Positions 1 to 8,632 of a DNA stretch of 15,533 nucleotides are shown here, piece after piece. Origin of the DNA: Opitutales bacterium (GTDB lineage Bacteria; Verrucomicrobiota; Verrucomicrobiia; Opitutales; Coraliomargaritaceae). The stretch spans positions 1 through 15,533 of the forward strand of contig JBMYNR010000036.1 of NCBI GenBank assembly GCA_049598495.1, written 5' to 3'. Within the stretch, counting starts at the first letter, position 1. Each line of letters opens with the position of its first letter. The position numbers and the translations under genes were made by a program. Under the pieces are notes generated by a model. That model was not told the DNA's origin. It searched no databases and worked only from the letters and a program-made list of their open reading frames with translations.

Positions 1-54
1 TCCCGTAACAAGATAAAGAACGACAGCAACAAACTGGTGCAATATTCGGGCTAG
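1..54 (+). CDS. Possible 3' end of an upstream CDS (partial)
   Basis: Frame 1 is open from the window edge (SRNKIKNDSNKLVQYSG) to TAG at 52-54, converging on radC. Too short to identify. Confidence 0.3.
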   Translation, partial: SRNKIKNDSNKLVQYSG

Positions 55-66
55 ATCGCGGCTTTT

Positions 67-786
67 CTAAATTAAACCGGCCTCGTTGAAGCTGTAGTAG
101 CCTAGTCCCTGTGGGTCGCGGCTACGCTGGCCGACGATAATGTGGTCGAGAAGATCGATACCGATCACCTTGGCAGCCTCGCGGAGTTGACGGGTCACCT
201 GAATATCGGCGCGGCTGGGAGCCGGGTCGCCGCTCGGGTGGTTGTGCACCGCGATGATCGCGCTGGCGTTGAGCTGGATGGCTTGCTTGAAGACTTCCCT
301 GGGGTGGACGAGGCAGTTGGTGGCGGTTCCTCTGGTCACTTCGATGCGTTTGATGAGACGGTTCTTTCGATCGAGGCAGAGCACCCAACACGACTCGGTT
401 TCGAGGCCGGCCACGACTGTTCTGAAGTGCCGTGCAACTATTTCTGAACTGTCGAAAATGACCGAGTCCTCAACGCCGTCTGCGAGGATACGTTTGGCAA
501 ACTGCATCACCGAGATGAGCTGCAGCGCCTTGACCTTACCGATGCCACGAATCTGCTGAAAGTCTTCCGCCGACCAGCGTAGAAACTGGGTGAGGCTGCC
601 CGCTTGATAAAGTAAATCTTCGGACATACTGACTACGTCGACACCCGGCGGACCGCTGCGAAGGATCATCGCGAGTAGCTCGCGGTCGCTGAGTGCCTCC
701 ACGCCGTGCTTCTCAAGCCGTTCTTGAGGGCGCTCGCTCGCTAGCATGTCTTTGATTCGTCTTCGGTTACTGTATTCAGTAATCAT
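67..786 (-). CDS. radC: RadC family (UPF0758) JAB/MPN domain protein
   Basis: ERPQERLEKHGVEALSDRELLA N-terminus, HhH motif IRGIGKVKA, VHPREVF, and JAB motif HNHPSGDPAPSRAD...LLDHIIVG. Start set to ATG 786 rather than 882 because it matches the family N-terminus and has a promoter just upstream. Confidence 0.93.
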   Translation of the reverse strand: MITEYSNRRRIKDMLASERPQERLEKHGVEALSDRELLAMILRSGPPGVDVVSMSEDLLYQAGSLTQFLRWSAEDFQQIRGIGKVKALQLISVMQFAKRILADGVEDSVIFDSSEIVARHFRTVVAGLETESCWVLCLDRKNRLIKRIEVTRGTATNCLVHPREVFKQAIQLNASAIIAVHNHPSGDPAPSRADIQVTRQLREAAKVIGIDLLDHIIVGQRSRDPQGLGYYSFNEAGLI

Positions 787-795
787 TATAGGTGA

Positions 796-823
796 ACAAT
801 AGATCACTATTGAGCTGGGGCAA
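796..823 (-). promoter_or_regulatory. Putative sigma70-type promoter of radC
   Basis: Minus strand TTGCCC (823-818), 16 nt, TATTGT (801-796), then 9 nt to ATG. Confidence 0.5.
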
Positions 824-1031
824 CCTGAAATTTTCGGTCTAAACTGCTGGGATGCCTTGCCAAAGCCAATTCTGGATATCATGCAATAAGCGGGCTAAGT
901 CGGTCGGAGTGGGTAGGTCTGCACAGCCAAGCCAAAGCACATAGCAAAAAGACTGTCGCATTGGTGAGTGCCTTAGGCAGAACCAAAAAAAACGCATTGC
1001 CAGTCATGTGTTTATCTCCAGACACTGCATC

Positions 1032-2144
1032 GTGCGATTCGAACCACAGAAACCGAGCCTCTTTGGCGAGACCCTGGAAGGCTTAACAAAGCAAATTGAA
1101 GCGGCCGGGCACAAGGGCTTTCGGGCGAAGCAGGTCATGGACTGGCTTTACAAGAAACGGGTCGATTCCTGGGATGCGATGTCGAATCTGCCGAAGGATT
1201 TTCGCGCTTGGTTGGATGAGAATTTCATTCTTTACCCGACTGCACCGGTCATCGACAAGCGTTCGACTGATGTGACCCAAAAATTATTGTTGGAACTGGA
1301 GGATAAGTCACTGATCGAGACGGTCCTTATCCGCGCGCCGCAAAAGGGCGTCGGTCAGGAGGATTCGCGCAAGACGGTCTGTGTTTCGATTCAGGTGGGC
1401 TGTGCCTACGGCTGTAAGTTCTGCGCTTCGGGCTTGGCGGGTTTCCGCCGTAATCTGATGGCGGCCGAGGTGGTCTCGCAGTTGATGCATATCTGCCGGC
1501 GGGAGGACGCCCATACGGAACGCGCCCGCGAGGAGATCGCTTCCTTCGACAATATTGTCTTCATGGGTATGGGTGAGCCGCTTTCCAACTACGATACACT
1601 TGTCCGCACAATTCGGATCCTGAATGCGGATTGGGGGCTGAACTTTGGTGCACGTCGGATAACGGTATCGACCTCTGGATTGGCGCCCCAGATTCTGAAG
1701 CTGGCTGAAGAAGGGGTGGCTGTGCGACTGGCTATCTCACTTCATGGTGCGACCAATGAAGTGCGTGACCAAATCATGCCAGTCAACAAACGTTATCCTC
1801 TGGAGAAACTTCTCCCTGCTGCCAAAGCCTTTCAGCAAAAACATGGGCGTATGCTGACGCTTGAGTTTATTCTGATCGAAGGGATTAACGACAGTTTGGA
1901 GCAGGCGCATGCGCTGGCAAAGATCGCCCACGATTTGCATGCTCATGTGAATTGTATTCCTTACAACACAGTGCAAGGGCTCCCGTGGAAGCGGCCGAGT
2001 ATTCGGCGGCAGGATGCGTTTGTGGATGTCCTGCGCAAGGCCAAGGTCTCTTGCACGATCCGCCGTGAGAAGGGCCACGATATCAACGCGGCCTGCGGCC
2101 AGTTGCGGCTAAAGACGGAGAAGGAGCGCGAGATTCCCGCGTAG
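1032..2144 (+). CDS. rlmN: Dual-specificity 23S rRNA (A2503 C2)/tRNA methyltransferase RlmN, radical SAM
   Basis: CAYGCKFC (CxxxCxxC), MGMGEP, ITVSTSG, LAISLH and C-terminal DINAACGQL with the catalytic Cys. Start is GTG 1032 or GTG 1008. Confidence 0.95.
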   Translation: MRFEPQKPSLFGETLEGLTKQIEAAGHKGFRAKQVMDWLYKKRVDSWDAMSNLPKDFRAWLDENFILYPTAPVIDKRSTDVTQKLLLELEDKSLIETVLIRAPQKGVGQEDSRKTVCVSIQVGCAYGCKFCASGLAGFRRNLMAAEVVSQLMHICRREDAHTERAREEIASFDNIVFMGMGEPLSNYDTLVRTIRILNADWGLNFGARRITVSTSGLAPQILKLAEEGVAVRLAISLHGATNEVRDQIMPVNKRYPLEKLLPAAKAFQQKHGRMLTLEFILIEGINDSLEQAHALAKIAHDLHAHVNCIPYNTVQGLPWKRPSIRRQDAFVDVLRKAKVSCTIRREKGHDINAACGQLRLKTEKEREIPA

Positions 2145-2186
2145 TTGGCGATCGTAACCGGAGGGCGATGCTCTGTCATCGCCGAC
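2144..2186. terminator. Hairpin(s) between convergent rlmN and PPIase genes
   Basis: GGCGATG (2164-2170) pairs with CATCGCC (2177-2183). Alternatively GTTGGCGAT (2144-2152) pairs with ATCGCCGAC (2178-2186). No clear U-tract. Confidence 0.35.
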
Positions 2187-2190
2187 AAAC

Positions 2191-3207
2191 CTACATGAAG
2201 TAGCGGATGTAGGCGTCGTTACGCAGATCCTGTAGCCACTTTTCCTGTGTTTCCCGAGCGATTTCACCGACGAGAACATTCTCGATAATGTCACGAACCT
2301 GGGAGACGGGTTGGATCATTTCCTCACGTTTGTCTTCTGCGTAGAGGATGAAAATAGTGCCACTCAGTTCGACGGGTTGGCTGTATTCTCCAGGTTCCAG
2401 ATTAAAGGCAATATCACTGAGTTCCTTGCGGATATCCTTACGCTCGATCCAGCCCCAGTCGCCACCCTGACGGCTCATTTCGTCCTGGCTATATTTGCGG
2501 GCGATGTCGCTGAAGTTGGCACCGTTGTCGAGTTCGTGAATTGCCATCTTCGCGGTCTGTCGAAGTGGCACTAGGCCCTCGTCTGCCAGGGGTGTGAGAA
2601 TGATCTGACGCAGGTGGAGCGCTTCGCCCTGATAAAAACGAATCTTGTTGCGAACGTAGAATTCCTCGATCCGCTCGGGGCTGATTTCGGATTGCGAGCG
2701 GCGGGTCTCCGAACGCATGACGCTGACGACAACCCGTTTGTAGATATCGGCGCGAAAGTCGCGTGGTGTCTCTCCACGTGCACGCAGATATTCGAGAAAG
2801 CGGCTGCGGTCGCCGCCGAAATTACGTTCCAATACTTCGTCGTATTCCTGATCAATGTAGGAGGGCGGAAGGAGGAGCCCCTTGTCCTCCGCAGCTTGAA
2901 CGATAATGATCCGGTCGATCATATTCTGAAGGACTTCGCGACTAATCTTGTCGACTCGCTTTGAGAACTCCTGCGTGCTACGGGATTCGACCCGAAGGCG
3001 TGGTATGATGGGTTCAAGCTCGCGACGTAGCTCCTCCACGGTAATGATCTGGCCTTCGGCGATGGCGGCGATGCCATTGCCAAGCCTGAGAAGCTCTGGG
3101 TCGGTTTGTTGCTGCGCGGTGAGCGAAGTGAGCGAGTTGCAGGCGATGGCAAGGAAAATGCCAGTGAGGCTGAATGGCTTCATGAAGGTGCGTGAACGTG
3201 AATTCAT
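2191..3207 (-). CDS. SurA-like periplasmic chaperone / PpiC (parvulin) peptidyl-prolyl isomerase
   Basis: Signal peptide, SurA N-terminal-like [16 protein letters not shown]...[14 protein letters not shown], and parvulin motif [22 protein letters not shown]...[13 protein letters not shown]. Alternative start ATG 3183. Confidence 0.88.
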   Translation of the reverse strand: MNSRSRTFMKPFSLTGIFLAIACNSLTSLTAQQQTDPELLRLGNGIAAIAEGQIITVEELRRELEPIIPRLRVESRSTQEFSKRVDKISREVLQNMIDRIIIVQAAEDKGLLLPPSYIDQEYDEVLERNFGGDRSRFLEYLRARGETPRDFRADIYKRVVVSVMRSETRRSQSEISPERIEEFYVRNKIRFYQGEALHLRQIILTPLADEGLVPLRQTAKMAIHELDNGANFSDIARKYSQDEMSRQGGDWGWIERKDIRKELSDIAFNLEPGEYSQPVELSGTIFILYAEDKREEMIQPVSQVRDIIENVLVGEIARETQEKWLQDLRNDAYIRYFM

Positions 3208-3221
3208 CTGAGAATGATGCG

Positions 3222-3249
3222 ACCATAGAACTGCGCCCTATACGGTCAA
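3222..3249 (-). promoter_or_regulatory. Putative promoter of the SurA-like gene
   Basis: Minus strand TTGACC (3249-3244), 16 nt, TATGGT (3227-3222). Confidence 0.5.
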
Positions 3250-3605
3250 GCGGTATCCGACGGACTTCTGCCCCTCGGCGTCATAATTCCGGGAATGAAC
3301 GGCACGCCCTGCTCCTTAAAGAAGGCGATGGTTTCCGGATCCGTGCCCGGTGCGAGGCCGAATCGACTGCCTGCATCAATCGCCCGCTTGGCGTGCTCCT
3401 CGGTCACGACGGTGCCGGCCCCGACCATCATGTCGGGAAAGGCTTTCGCGATACGCTCGATCGATTCGGCAGCGGCGGCCGTCCGAAAGGTGACTTCAAT
3501 AATATTGAGGCCTGCCTTAAGGAGCGCCTCGGCCAGCGGTTCGGCGTCGTTGGCATCATCGAGAACGATGACCGGGATGACGGGGAATTTTTCTAAATCA
3601 GACAT
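3246..3605 (-). pseudogene. eda: KDPG/KHG aldolase, 3'-truncated (N-terminal ~110 aa only)
   Basis: PVIPVIV, IEVTFRT, VGAGTV and PGIMTP are present. Homology stops at ~3276 and is followed by 9 unrelated residues. The Schiff-base Lys motif (KxFPA) and the C-terminal half are missing. Confidence 0.88.
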
Positions 3606-3629
3606 GACGATTTTATTAAGGGATCATGG

Positions 3630-4082
3630 TTAACGATCCACCCGAGCGCTGCCGCCAGCTTTGATTTTCTCGACTTCTTTCAGTGTGGCCATGGTGGTGT
3701 CGCCCGGTGTCGTCATGGCAAGCGCGCCGTGAACACAGCCATAGTCAACTGCTTCCTGCGGGTCGTTCTTTGAGAGAAAACCATAGATCAGGCCGGAGGC
3801 AAAACTGTCACCGCCACCCACACGGTCGAGAATTTCGAGGCCGGGAAATTTCATGGACTCGTAGAATTTTCCGTTGTGCCAGACCATGGCGGCCCAGTCA
3901 TTGATCGTCGCTGTCTTTACCGTACGGAGCGTCGTCGCAGTCGCTTTAAAATTGGGAAACTCCTTGATCGCTGTGCCGATCATGTTCTTAAAGGCCTCGA
4001 CGGGAATGTGGGAGATATTCTCGTCTACGCCTTCGACCTCGAAGCCGAGACAAGCGGTAAAGTCTTCCTCGTTGCCGATCAC
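3630..4082 (-). pseudogene. kdgK: 2-keto-3-deoxygluconate kinase (PfkB family), 5'-truncated C-terminal fragment
   Basis: Starts abruptly at IGNEEDF and contains the PfkB signature DRVGGGDSFASGLIYG, TTPGD and the typical ARVDR end. It lies 24 bp upstream of eda. The N-terminal substrate-binding half is absent. Confidence 0.85.
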
Positions 4083-4322
4083 CTCGGAGTTAGTCGACGG
4101 CTTCTTGAGTTACGCTTCCGCGAGCAGATGCATAGTAGTATTCGCGAGCATCTGATTCGCACTCGGTTGGCGGAGGCGAAGGAATTGCTGTCGAGCTCGC
4201 AGGAGCCCATTGAGACAATTGCTGCGCTAACCGGGTTCTGTAATGCACCGCACTTTAGCCGGACCTTTAAGCGGGAAATTGGGCTGACACCGAGCCAGTA
4301 TCGGACCGATCGGGCTAGCTAG
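4071..4322 (+). pseudogene. AraC/XylS-family regulator, C-terminal HTH fragment only
   Basis: VADHLGVSRRLLELRF...RLAEAKELL...IETIAALTGFCNAPHFSRTFKREIGLTPSQYR is a double-HTH AraC domain. The in-frame sequence upstream of 4071 is simply the antisense strand of kdgK. Confidence 0.85.
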
Positions 4323-4337
4323 AGCAACGCTTCGGAG

Positions 4338-4365
4338 TTGACGCTGATGAGAGCATCCTCAGCCT
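4338..4365 (+). promoter_or_regulatory. Putative promoter of the 4375 gene
   Basis: TTGACG (4338-4343), 16 nt, CAGCCT (4360-4365), then 9 nt to ATG. Confidence 0.4.
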
Positions 4366-4374
4366 TCGTCGTCT

Positions 4375-4872
4375 ATGGAACTTACCGATGCACAAAAGGC
4401 TGTTGTTACACAATGGGTCCAAGAGGGTCGCTCTTTGGCCGATGTTCAGCGCTCACTTCGTGAAGACTTTGAGATATCAATGACCTACATGGATGTCCGT
4501 TTCCTTGTCGACGATTTGGATATTGCTGTAGTGGAAGCCGATGACGAGGCGGCTGAGGCGGCCGAGCCAGCGGAGGCCCTCTCGGCGGAGGCTGAGTCAG
4601 CGGCGGCTGAGTCAGCGGAGACGGAAGTCGTTGAGGCGTCCGAAGGGAGCGCGAGTGCTGTCAGGGTGGATGTGGATGCCATTATGCGTCCGGGGGCCTT
4701 GGTGAGTGGAACGGTGCAATTCAGTGACGGCGTCAGCCTGGGTTGGCAGTTAAGTGCGACGGGTCAGTTGGGTCTTATCCCTGGAGACGATCCCGAATAC
4801 CGACCGAGTGCGGAAGATGTCCAGTCTTTCCAGAGCCAACTTGAAGAGGTGCTTCGCAAGAAAGGCTACTAG
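4375..4872 (+). CDS. Acidic hypothetical protein: helical N-domain, A/E-rich linker, beta-rich C-domain
   Basis: 165-aa ORF with coding-like composition, two ordered domains and a low-complexity linker. I recall similar uncharacterised proteins in Verrucomicrobia, but this was not searched. Confidence 0.85.
   Translation: MELTDAQKAVVTQWVQEGRSLADVQRSLREDFEISMTYMDVRFLVDDLDIAVVEADDEAAEAAEPAEALSAEAESAAAESAETEVVEASEGSASAVRVDVDAIMRPGALVSGTVQFSDGVSLGWQLSATGQLGLIPGDDPEYRPSAEDVQSFQSQLEEVLRKKGY
4591..4620 (+). repeat. In-frame 15-bp tandem repeat (2 copies)
   Basis: GCTGAGTCAGCGGCG followed by GCTGAGTCAGCGGAG (AESAA/AESAE). A degenerate copy GCCGAGCCAGCGGAG lies at 4561-4575. Confidence 0.8.
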
Positions 4873-4922
4873 CCGAGTGTTCTAGAATGTTGTCAGCGAA
4901 GTTCACTGCACATTTTTTGAAC

Positions 4923-5143
4923 TTTCCCCGAGGGTCAGATCGGCGTCCGTAGTCCACTTGAATGGCTTCGGATCTCACCAGAAGTTCTAACTAAAAGCAA
5001 TGTGCCCTAGTGGTCAACAAAAGGCGCCAGAATGGTTCTGCTTCAACCGCTCTATGGCGCTTAATTGGCACTCGCTGAAAGGAATACTGCCTTGACATCG
5101 TCTAACGCTATTCAAGTGATTGATGACCGAGCCCCTTGAGGGC
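4923..5143 (+). ncRNA. Rod-shaped RNA with central bubble, candidate 6S RNA
   Basis: Nested stems 4926-4934/5133-5142, 4940-4947/5122-5130, 4955-4966/5107-5118 and 4967-4973/5100-5105. Bubble at 4974-4995/5077-5099. Inner stems 4996-5006/5067-5076, 5022-5029/5055-5062 and 5033-5037/5045-5049. Frequent G-U pairs support the + strand. Confidence 0.6.
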
Positions 5144-5193
5144 GGCGGCCTTGCAAGACCGACCCACCGCGTCAAACTTTTCAGGGAGTAGGA

Positions 5194-6465
5194 TTACTTG
5201 GTCTCACCTTGGCCGTTGAGGATATACTTATAGGTGCAGAGTTCGTTCAGTCCCATCGGTCCACGGGCGTGAAGACGGTCGGTTGAGATGCCGATTTCAG
5301 CGCCCAGACCGAATTCAAAGCCGTCCGAAAAACGGGTGGAAGCGTTATGAAAGACTGCTGCCGAATCGACTGCGGAGAGAAACTGCTTCGCAGCAGCCTT
5401 GTCTGCCGTGACAATGCTCTCTGTATGGCCGGAGCTGTTGGCGTTGATTAGATGAATGGCCGCCTTGATATCGGGAACGACTGCGATGGAGATAATCAGA
5501 TCGGTATACTCTGTTGCGAAGTCCTCCGCAGATGCATCGACTAAGGGCAGTCCGCTGCCGGTAAGAATGGCCTTTGCGTGTGCGTCCACACGTAGTTCGA
5601 CACCTTTCTCGTGCAGAGCCTTTGCCAATCGAGGTAATTGCTCGGCGGCATCTTGGTGGATGATGAGGTTCTCCGCAGCATTGCACACACTGGGGCGCTG
5701 GCATTTTGAGTTGATAACGATCTCCTCGGCCATCGTAGGCTCGGCAGTTGCATCGACGTAGACAGAGCAAACACCTGTATAATGTTTGATGACGGGGATA
5801 CGGCTATTCTCGACCGTGAATCGGATGAGACTTTCTCCACCCCTGGGAATGATACAATGAATCGTATCGTCCTGCTTTAATAAGACACTGAGCGCACACC
5901 GGTCTGTCGTGGGTATAAACTGGACCGCATCTTTGTGAATATCATTGGCCTGAAGCGTTTCCTTGATGATTTCAGCCAGTCGCATGTTGGTGTTGAAGGC
6001 TTCCTTCCCGCCGCGGAGGATGGAGGCGTTGCCTGATTTCAGACAGAGGATTGCGCAATCGATGGTTACATTCGGACGCGACTCATAGATAATCCCGATG
6101 ACACCCATGGGTACTCGGATCTTACGTAGATCAAAGCCTCTGGGGGGCACGAGTTGTTCAATCTCCACACCGACAGGGTCAGGGAGTGCGGCGACCTGGC
6201 GAACGCCTTCAGCCATCGCCTCGATGCGCTCGGGGGTGAAGGTGAGTCGCTCGGTCATTGGGCCCGAGAGTTCCATAGCTTTGGCGGCCTTCAGATCCAG
6301 CGCGTTCGCCTCAAGAATGGATGTGGTCTCGGCAACGAGGCGCGCCGCAAGATCCGTGAGGAATTGATTCTTCGTCTCCGTCGAAAGTGTGCCTAGCTCA
6401 AGCGAAGCAGCACGCGCACGCTGGGCGATATCGACAACTAGTTCTGTGATTTGATCTGTGTCCAT
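5194..6465 (-). CDS. proA: Gamma-glutamyl phosphate reductase (glutamate-5-semialdehyde dehydrogenase)
   Basis: [32 protein letters not shown], catalytic VCNAAE, and [22 protein letters not shown]...ARGPMGL. Start ATG 6465 avoids overlap with vapC. Confidence 0.96.
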   Translation of the reverse strand: MDTDQITELVVDIAQRARAASLELGTLSTETKNQFLTDLAARLVAETTSILEANALDLKAAKAMELSGPMTERLTFTPERIEAMAEGVRQVAALPDPVGVEIEQLVPPRGFDLRKIRVPMGVIGIIYESRPNVTIDCAILCLKSGNASILRGGKEAFNTNMRLAEIIKETLQANDIHKDAVQFIPTTDRCALSVLLKQDDTIHCIIPRGGESLIRFTVENSRIPVIKHYTGVCSVYVDATAEPTMAEEIVINSKCQRPSVCNAAENLIIHQDAAEQLPRLAKALHEKGVELRVDAHAKAILTGSGLPLVDASAEDFATEYTDLIISIAVVPDIKAAIHLINANSSGHTESIVTADKAAAKQFLSAVDSAAVFHNASTRFSDGFEFGLGAEIGISTDRLHARGPMGLNELCTYKYILNGQGETK

Positions 6466-6478
6466 GGATGAAAAGGTC

Positions 6479-6913
6479 CTAGTGAATAATGTCGATTGCC
6501 GTGAGTCCATTGAGCTTTGCGGCTTCCAGCATTCGTTTATCGTGAGTGTAGAGGGTTTCGGATCGCACGCTTAATGCGGTGGCAATGTGAATTGCATCGT
6601 GGGTACGAAGCAATCCGTAGCTTTGAGGGTGTGCAAGTAGTTCTTGTGCTAGACTGATTATTTCATTGTCGATGGGGAACCATTGCCAAATCTGCTCTCG
6701 GGTATCTGACTCCAAAAGATCTAAGGCCTTCATACAGGCAGCTTTGGTGAGGGATTGATGCCTTCGCTGACGCATCAGCGCTGAGGTGAATTCAAGACGT
6801 GCCAATTGGGATGATACCAGTTCGGTCCTGCCCCTTAGCTCGCGGAGAACCTCTTCGCTACCCGGTTCGTTGATGTAGGCTTTGAGGATATAGGATGTAT
6901 CAAGATAAATCAT
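6479..6913 (-). CDS. vapC: VapC-family PIN-domain toxin (RNase)
   Basis: [23 protein letters not shown] and LYTHDKR supply the four acidic PIN residues. 144 aa. Confidence 0.92.
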   Translation of the reverse strand: MIYLDTSYILKAYINEPGSEEVLRELRGRTELVSSQLARLEFTSALMRQRRHQSLTKAACMKALDLLESDTREQIWQWFPIDNEIISLAQELLAHPQSYGLLRTHDAIHIATALSVRSETLYTHDKRMLEAAKLNGLTAIDIIH

Positions 6914-7134
6914 TCACGCTCGCGCTCTTCAGCGATGGAGAGTGTACTGTCGCTGCGGGATCTTGGTAAGTCTTGGAGCTTCCGGTTTGGAAACGGGGTG
7001 GAGGTCCTTGAAGTGATCGGTTGCAACTGTGCGATTGGCTCACCCCGGTCGGTGATCATGATTGTCTCGGAACTTGCCTGACGGACCCACATGCCAGTCT
7101 TCGAGTGAAGGTCCTTTATGCTGAGCTTTCTCAT
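6910..7134 (-). CDS. Phd/YefM-type antitoxin (VapB partner)
   Basis: 74 aa, MRKLSIKDLHSKTG...ETIMITDRGEPIAQLQP, matching the prevent-host-death pattern. ATGA overlap with the toxin start at 6910-6913. Confidence 0.88.
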   Translation of the reverse strand: MRKLSIKDLHSKTGMWVRQASSETIMITDRGEPIAQLQPITSRTSTPFPNRKLQDLPRSRSDSTLSIAEERERE

Positions 7135-7138
7135 AATC

Positions 7139-7169
7139 ACAAAAGTGTCACTTGTCACACTTTTGTCAA
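7139..7169 (-). promoter_or_regulatory. TA promoter with palindromic operator
   Basis: Perfect 10-bp inverted repeat ACAAAAGTGT (7139-7148) / ACACTTTTGT (7157-7166). It overlaps TTGACA (7169-7164), 16 nt, CACTTT (7147-7142), which lies 7 nt from ATG. Confidence 0.75.
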
Positions 7170-7186
7170 GGATAGTCCCGCCGGTA

Positions 7187-8167
7187 TTAGATCTGGCTGA
7201 GTATATCCTGCCAGACGTGCTCGGGGAGGGCACTGCCCTGCTCTTGCACGACGGCGGCCCCCAGGATGGAACCAATAGCACCGCATTCGGCGAGAGGACG
7301 CTTCCGGGACCAGCCGTAGAGGAAGCCCGCGGCCCACAGGTCGCCCGCACCCGTCGTATCAACGACCTGAGCGGCATGCATCGGATCGATTCTCTCTACT
7401 TCGCCTGAGCGCGCGATGAAGGATCCGTGTGCGCCCACTTTGACGGCGGCAATGTCACAATATTCTGCGAGTTGAAGTGCCATCTCAGCATGCTCGCCTG
7501 TTAGTCCCGTAAATGCTGCACCCTCTTCCTCATTGGCAAAAACGATGTCGACATACTCCGCCAGGATGCCCTTGAGCCTATCCTTTGTTGCGTTGACAAC
7601 TTCGAAAGAGGCGAGGTCGAGGCTGATGCTACAGCCGACCTGCTTGGCGGATTCAAGAACCTTTCGCATGAGCGATTCGTTGAAGAGTAAGTAGCCTTCG
7701 ATGTGTGCGTGGTGACAATCCTTGAAGTCATCTGCTGAGATCTCCTCCGGAGCAAGTGTCATGGCGGCACCAAGGTCGGTCCGCATCGTCCGCTCGCCGT
7801 CCGGAGTGACAAGTGAAACACATCGACCATTTGGAATGTCTCCCATCTTGAAGCGCGCGGAATCACCACCCAGTTGCGAAAATCGATTGCGATAGAAGTC
7901 GCCTTCACTACAATTTCCGATTTTTCCAAGAAAGCTGGTTGAGGCACCTAGCCGTGCTAGAGCGAAGAGGGTATTGCCAGCTGATCCGCCTGGGGCAGGT
8001 ACCGTATCTACCGGCAGGCGACTGACGAGGCTTTGGATTGTGGAGGCATCTACCAGAACCATTCCGCCTTTGTCGCCGTCGATTCGATCGACAAATTCGT
8101 CGTCAACCTGGGCAATGGCGTCGACGATCGGACTACCGACCCCGATAAGCTTAAATTCTGATTCCAT
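7187..8167 (-). CDS. PfkB-family carbohydrate/adenosine kinase
   Basis: [41 protein letters not shown] and [17 protein letters not shown]. Start ATG 8167. Confidence 0.92.
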   Translation of the reverse strand: MESEFKLIGVGSPIVDAIAQVDDEFVDRIDGDKGGMVLVDASTIQSLVSRLPVDTVPAPGGSAGNTLFALARLGASTSFLGKIGNCSEGDFYRNRFSQLGGDSARFKMGDIPNGRCVSLVTPDGERTMRTDLGAAMTLAPEEISADDFKDCHHAHIEGYLLFNESLMRKVLESAKQVGCSISLDLASFEVVNATKDRLKGILAEYVDIVFANEEEGAAFTGLTGEHAEMALQLAEYCDIAAVKVGAHGSFIARSGEVERIDPMHAAQVVDTTGAGDLWAAGFLYGWSRKRPLAECGAIGSILGAAVVQEQGSALPEHVWQDILSQI

Positions 8168-8191
8168 GGGAAGTCTCCAGTTGAATTGAGT

Positions 8192-8227
8192 AAAAGAAAA
8201 CCGCCACTCCATACGGAGCGGCGGTTG
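8192..8227 (-). terminator. Rho-independent terminator downstream of the lipoprotein gene
   Basis: Minus strand AACCGCCGCTCC-GTAT-GGAGTGGCGGTT (12-bp stem with one G-U) followed by TTCTTTT. Confidence 0.85.
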
Positions 8228-8245
8228 TGGTGAAATCTGAAGAAA

Positions 8246-8632
8246 TTAGAGTGCGTCGCGAATGTGCGCGTAAAGGACTTGAGATTCGGCAAGATTGCCC
8301 AGGTTCCCTATGCGGATACGCAGCTCAGCAGGGCCCTCGGGGATTCGTTTCGCACGGACGGTGACCTTCTCGTCGCCAACTTTTCGGGCGTAGATTGTAA
8401 TGGAGCCTTCTTTGTGAAGTTCTCCAGTTCGGAAGTAGCCTAAGTTATCCAATTCGCGGATAGCCGCATTGAAAATCTGACCGATTGGCGCATCTAGAGG
8501 CGCGTAGAAATAACCGGCTCGGTATTCAGCTAGTTGATCTTGTCCTGTTTGGGGATCGATCGCGACCGGTGTCGTGCAACCGCTGAGAACTAAGACGTAA
8601 ATTGTGGCGAATGTGAGGAGTGTAGCTTTCAT
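8246..8632 (-). CDS. Small lipoprotein, DUF3568-like
   Basis: MKATLLTFATIYVLVLSG-C lipobox, 128 aa. The C-terminal KVTVRAK...ELRIRIGNLGNLAESQVLYAHIR resembles DUF3568 (from recall). Confidence 0.8.
   Translation of the reverse strand: MKATLLTFATIYVLVLSGCTTPVAIDPQTGQDQLAEYRAGYFYAPLDAPIGQIFNAAIRELDNLGYFRTGELHKEGSITIYARKVGDEKVTVRAKRIPEGPAELRIRIGNLGNLAESQVLYAHIRDAL

Noticed and set aside
782..798. LexA box at radC (Verrucomicrobia-type TGTTC-N4-GAACA)
   Set aside because: Only one half-site is present (minus strand TGTTC-ACCT-ATAAT). The second half does not match.
1008..2144. Cfr-type resistance methyltransferase
   Set aside because: The MGMGEP motif and housekeeping context indicate RlmN.
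3876..4070. N-terminal part of the 148-aa AraC ORF as a real domain
   Set aside because: It is the antisense reading of the kdgK fragment.
3273..4087. CCTCGG direct repeat (3273-3278 and 4082-4087) as a target-site duplication of a mobile element
   Set aside because: Removing the block does not restore an AraC ORF (in-frame TAG at 3226-3228, and the VADH helix is lost). There is no transposase or terminal repeat, and a 6-mer match is plausible by chance.
4985..5106. TCTAAC motifs as integron attC inverse core sites
   Set aside because: There is no matching GTTRRRY core, no cassette array and no integrase. The 6S-like fold explains the symmetry better.
7135..7377. N-terminal extension of the antitoxin ORF (155 aa)
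   Set aside because: It overlaps the kinase gene in another frame and spans the TA promoter. The real start is ATG 7134.
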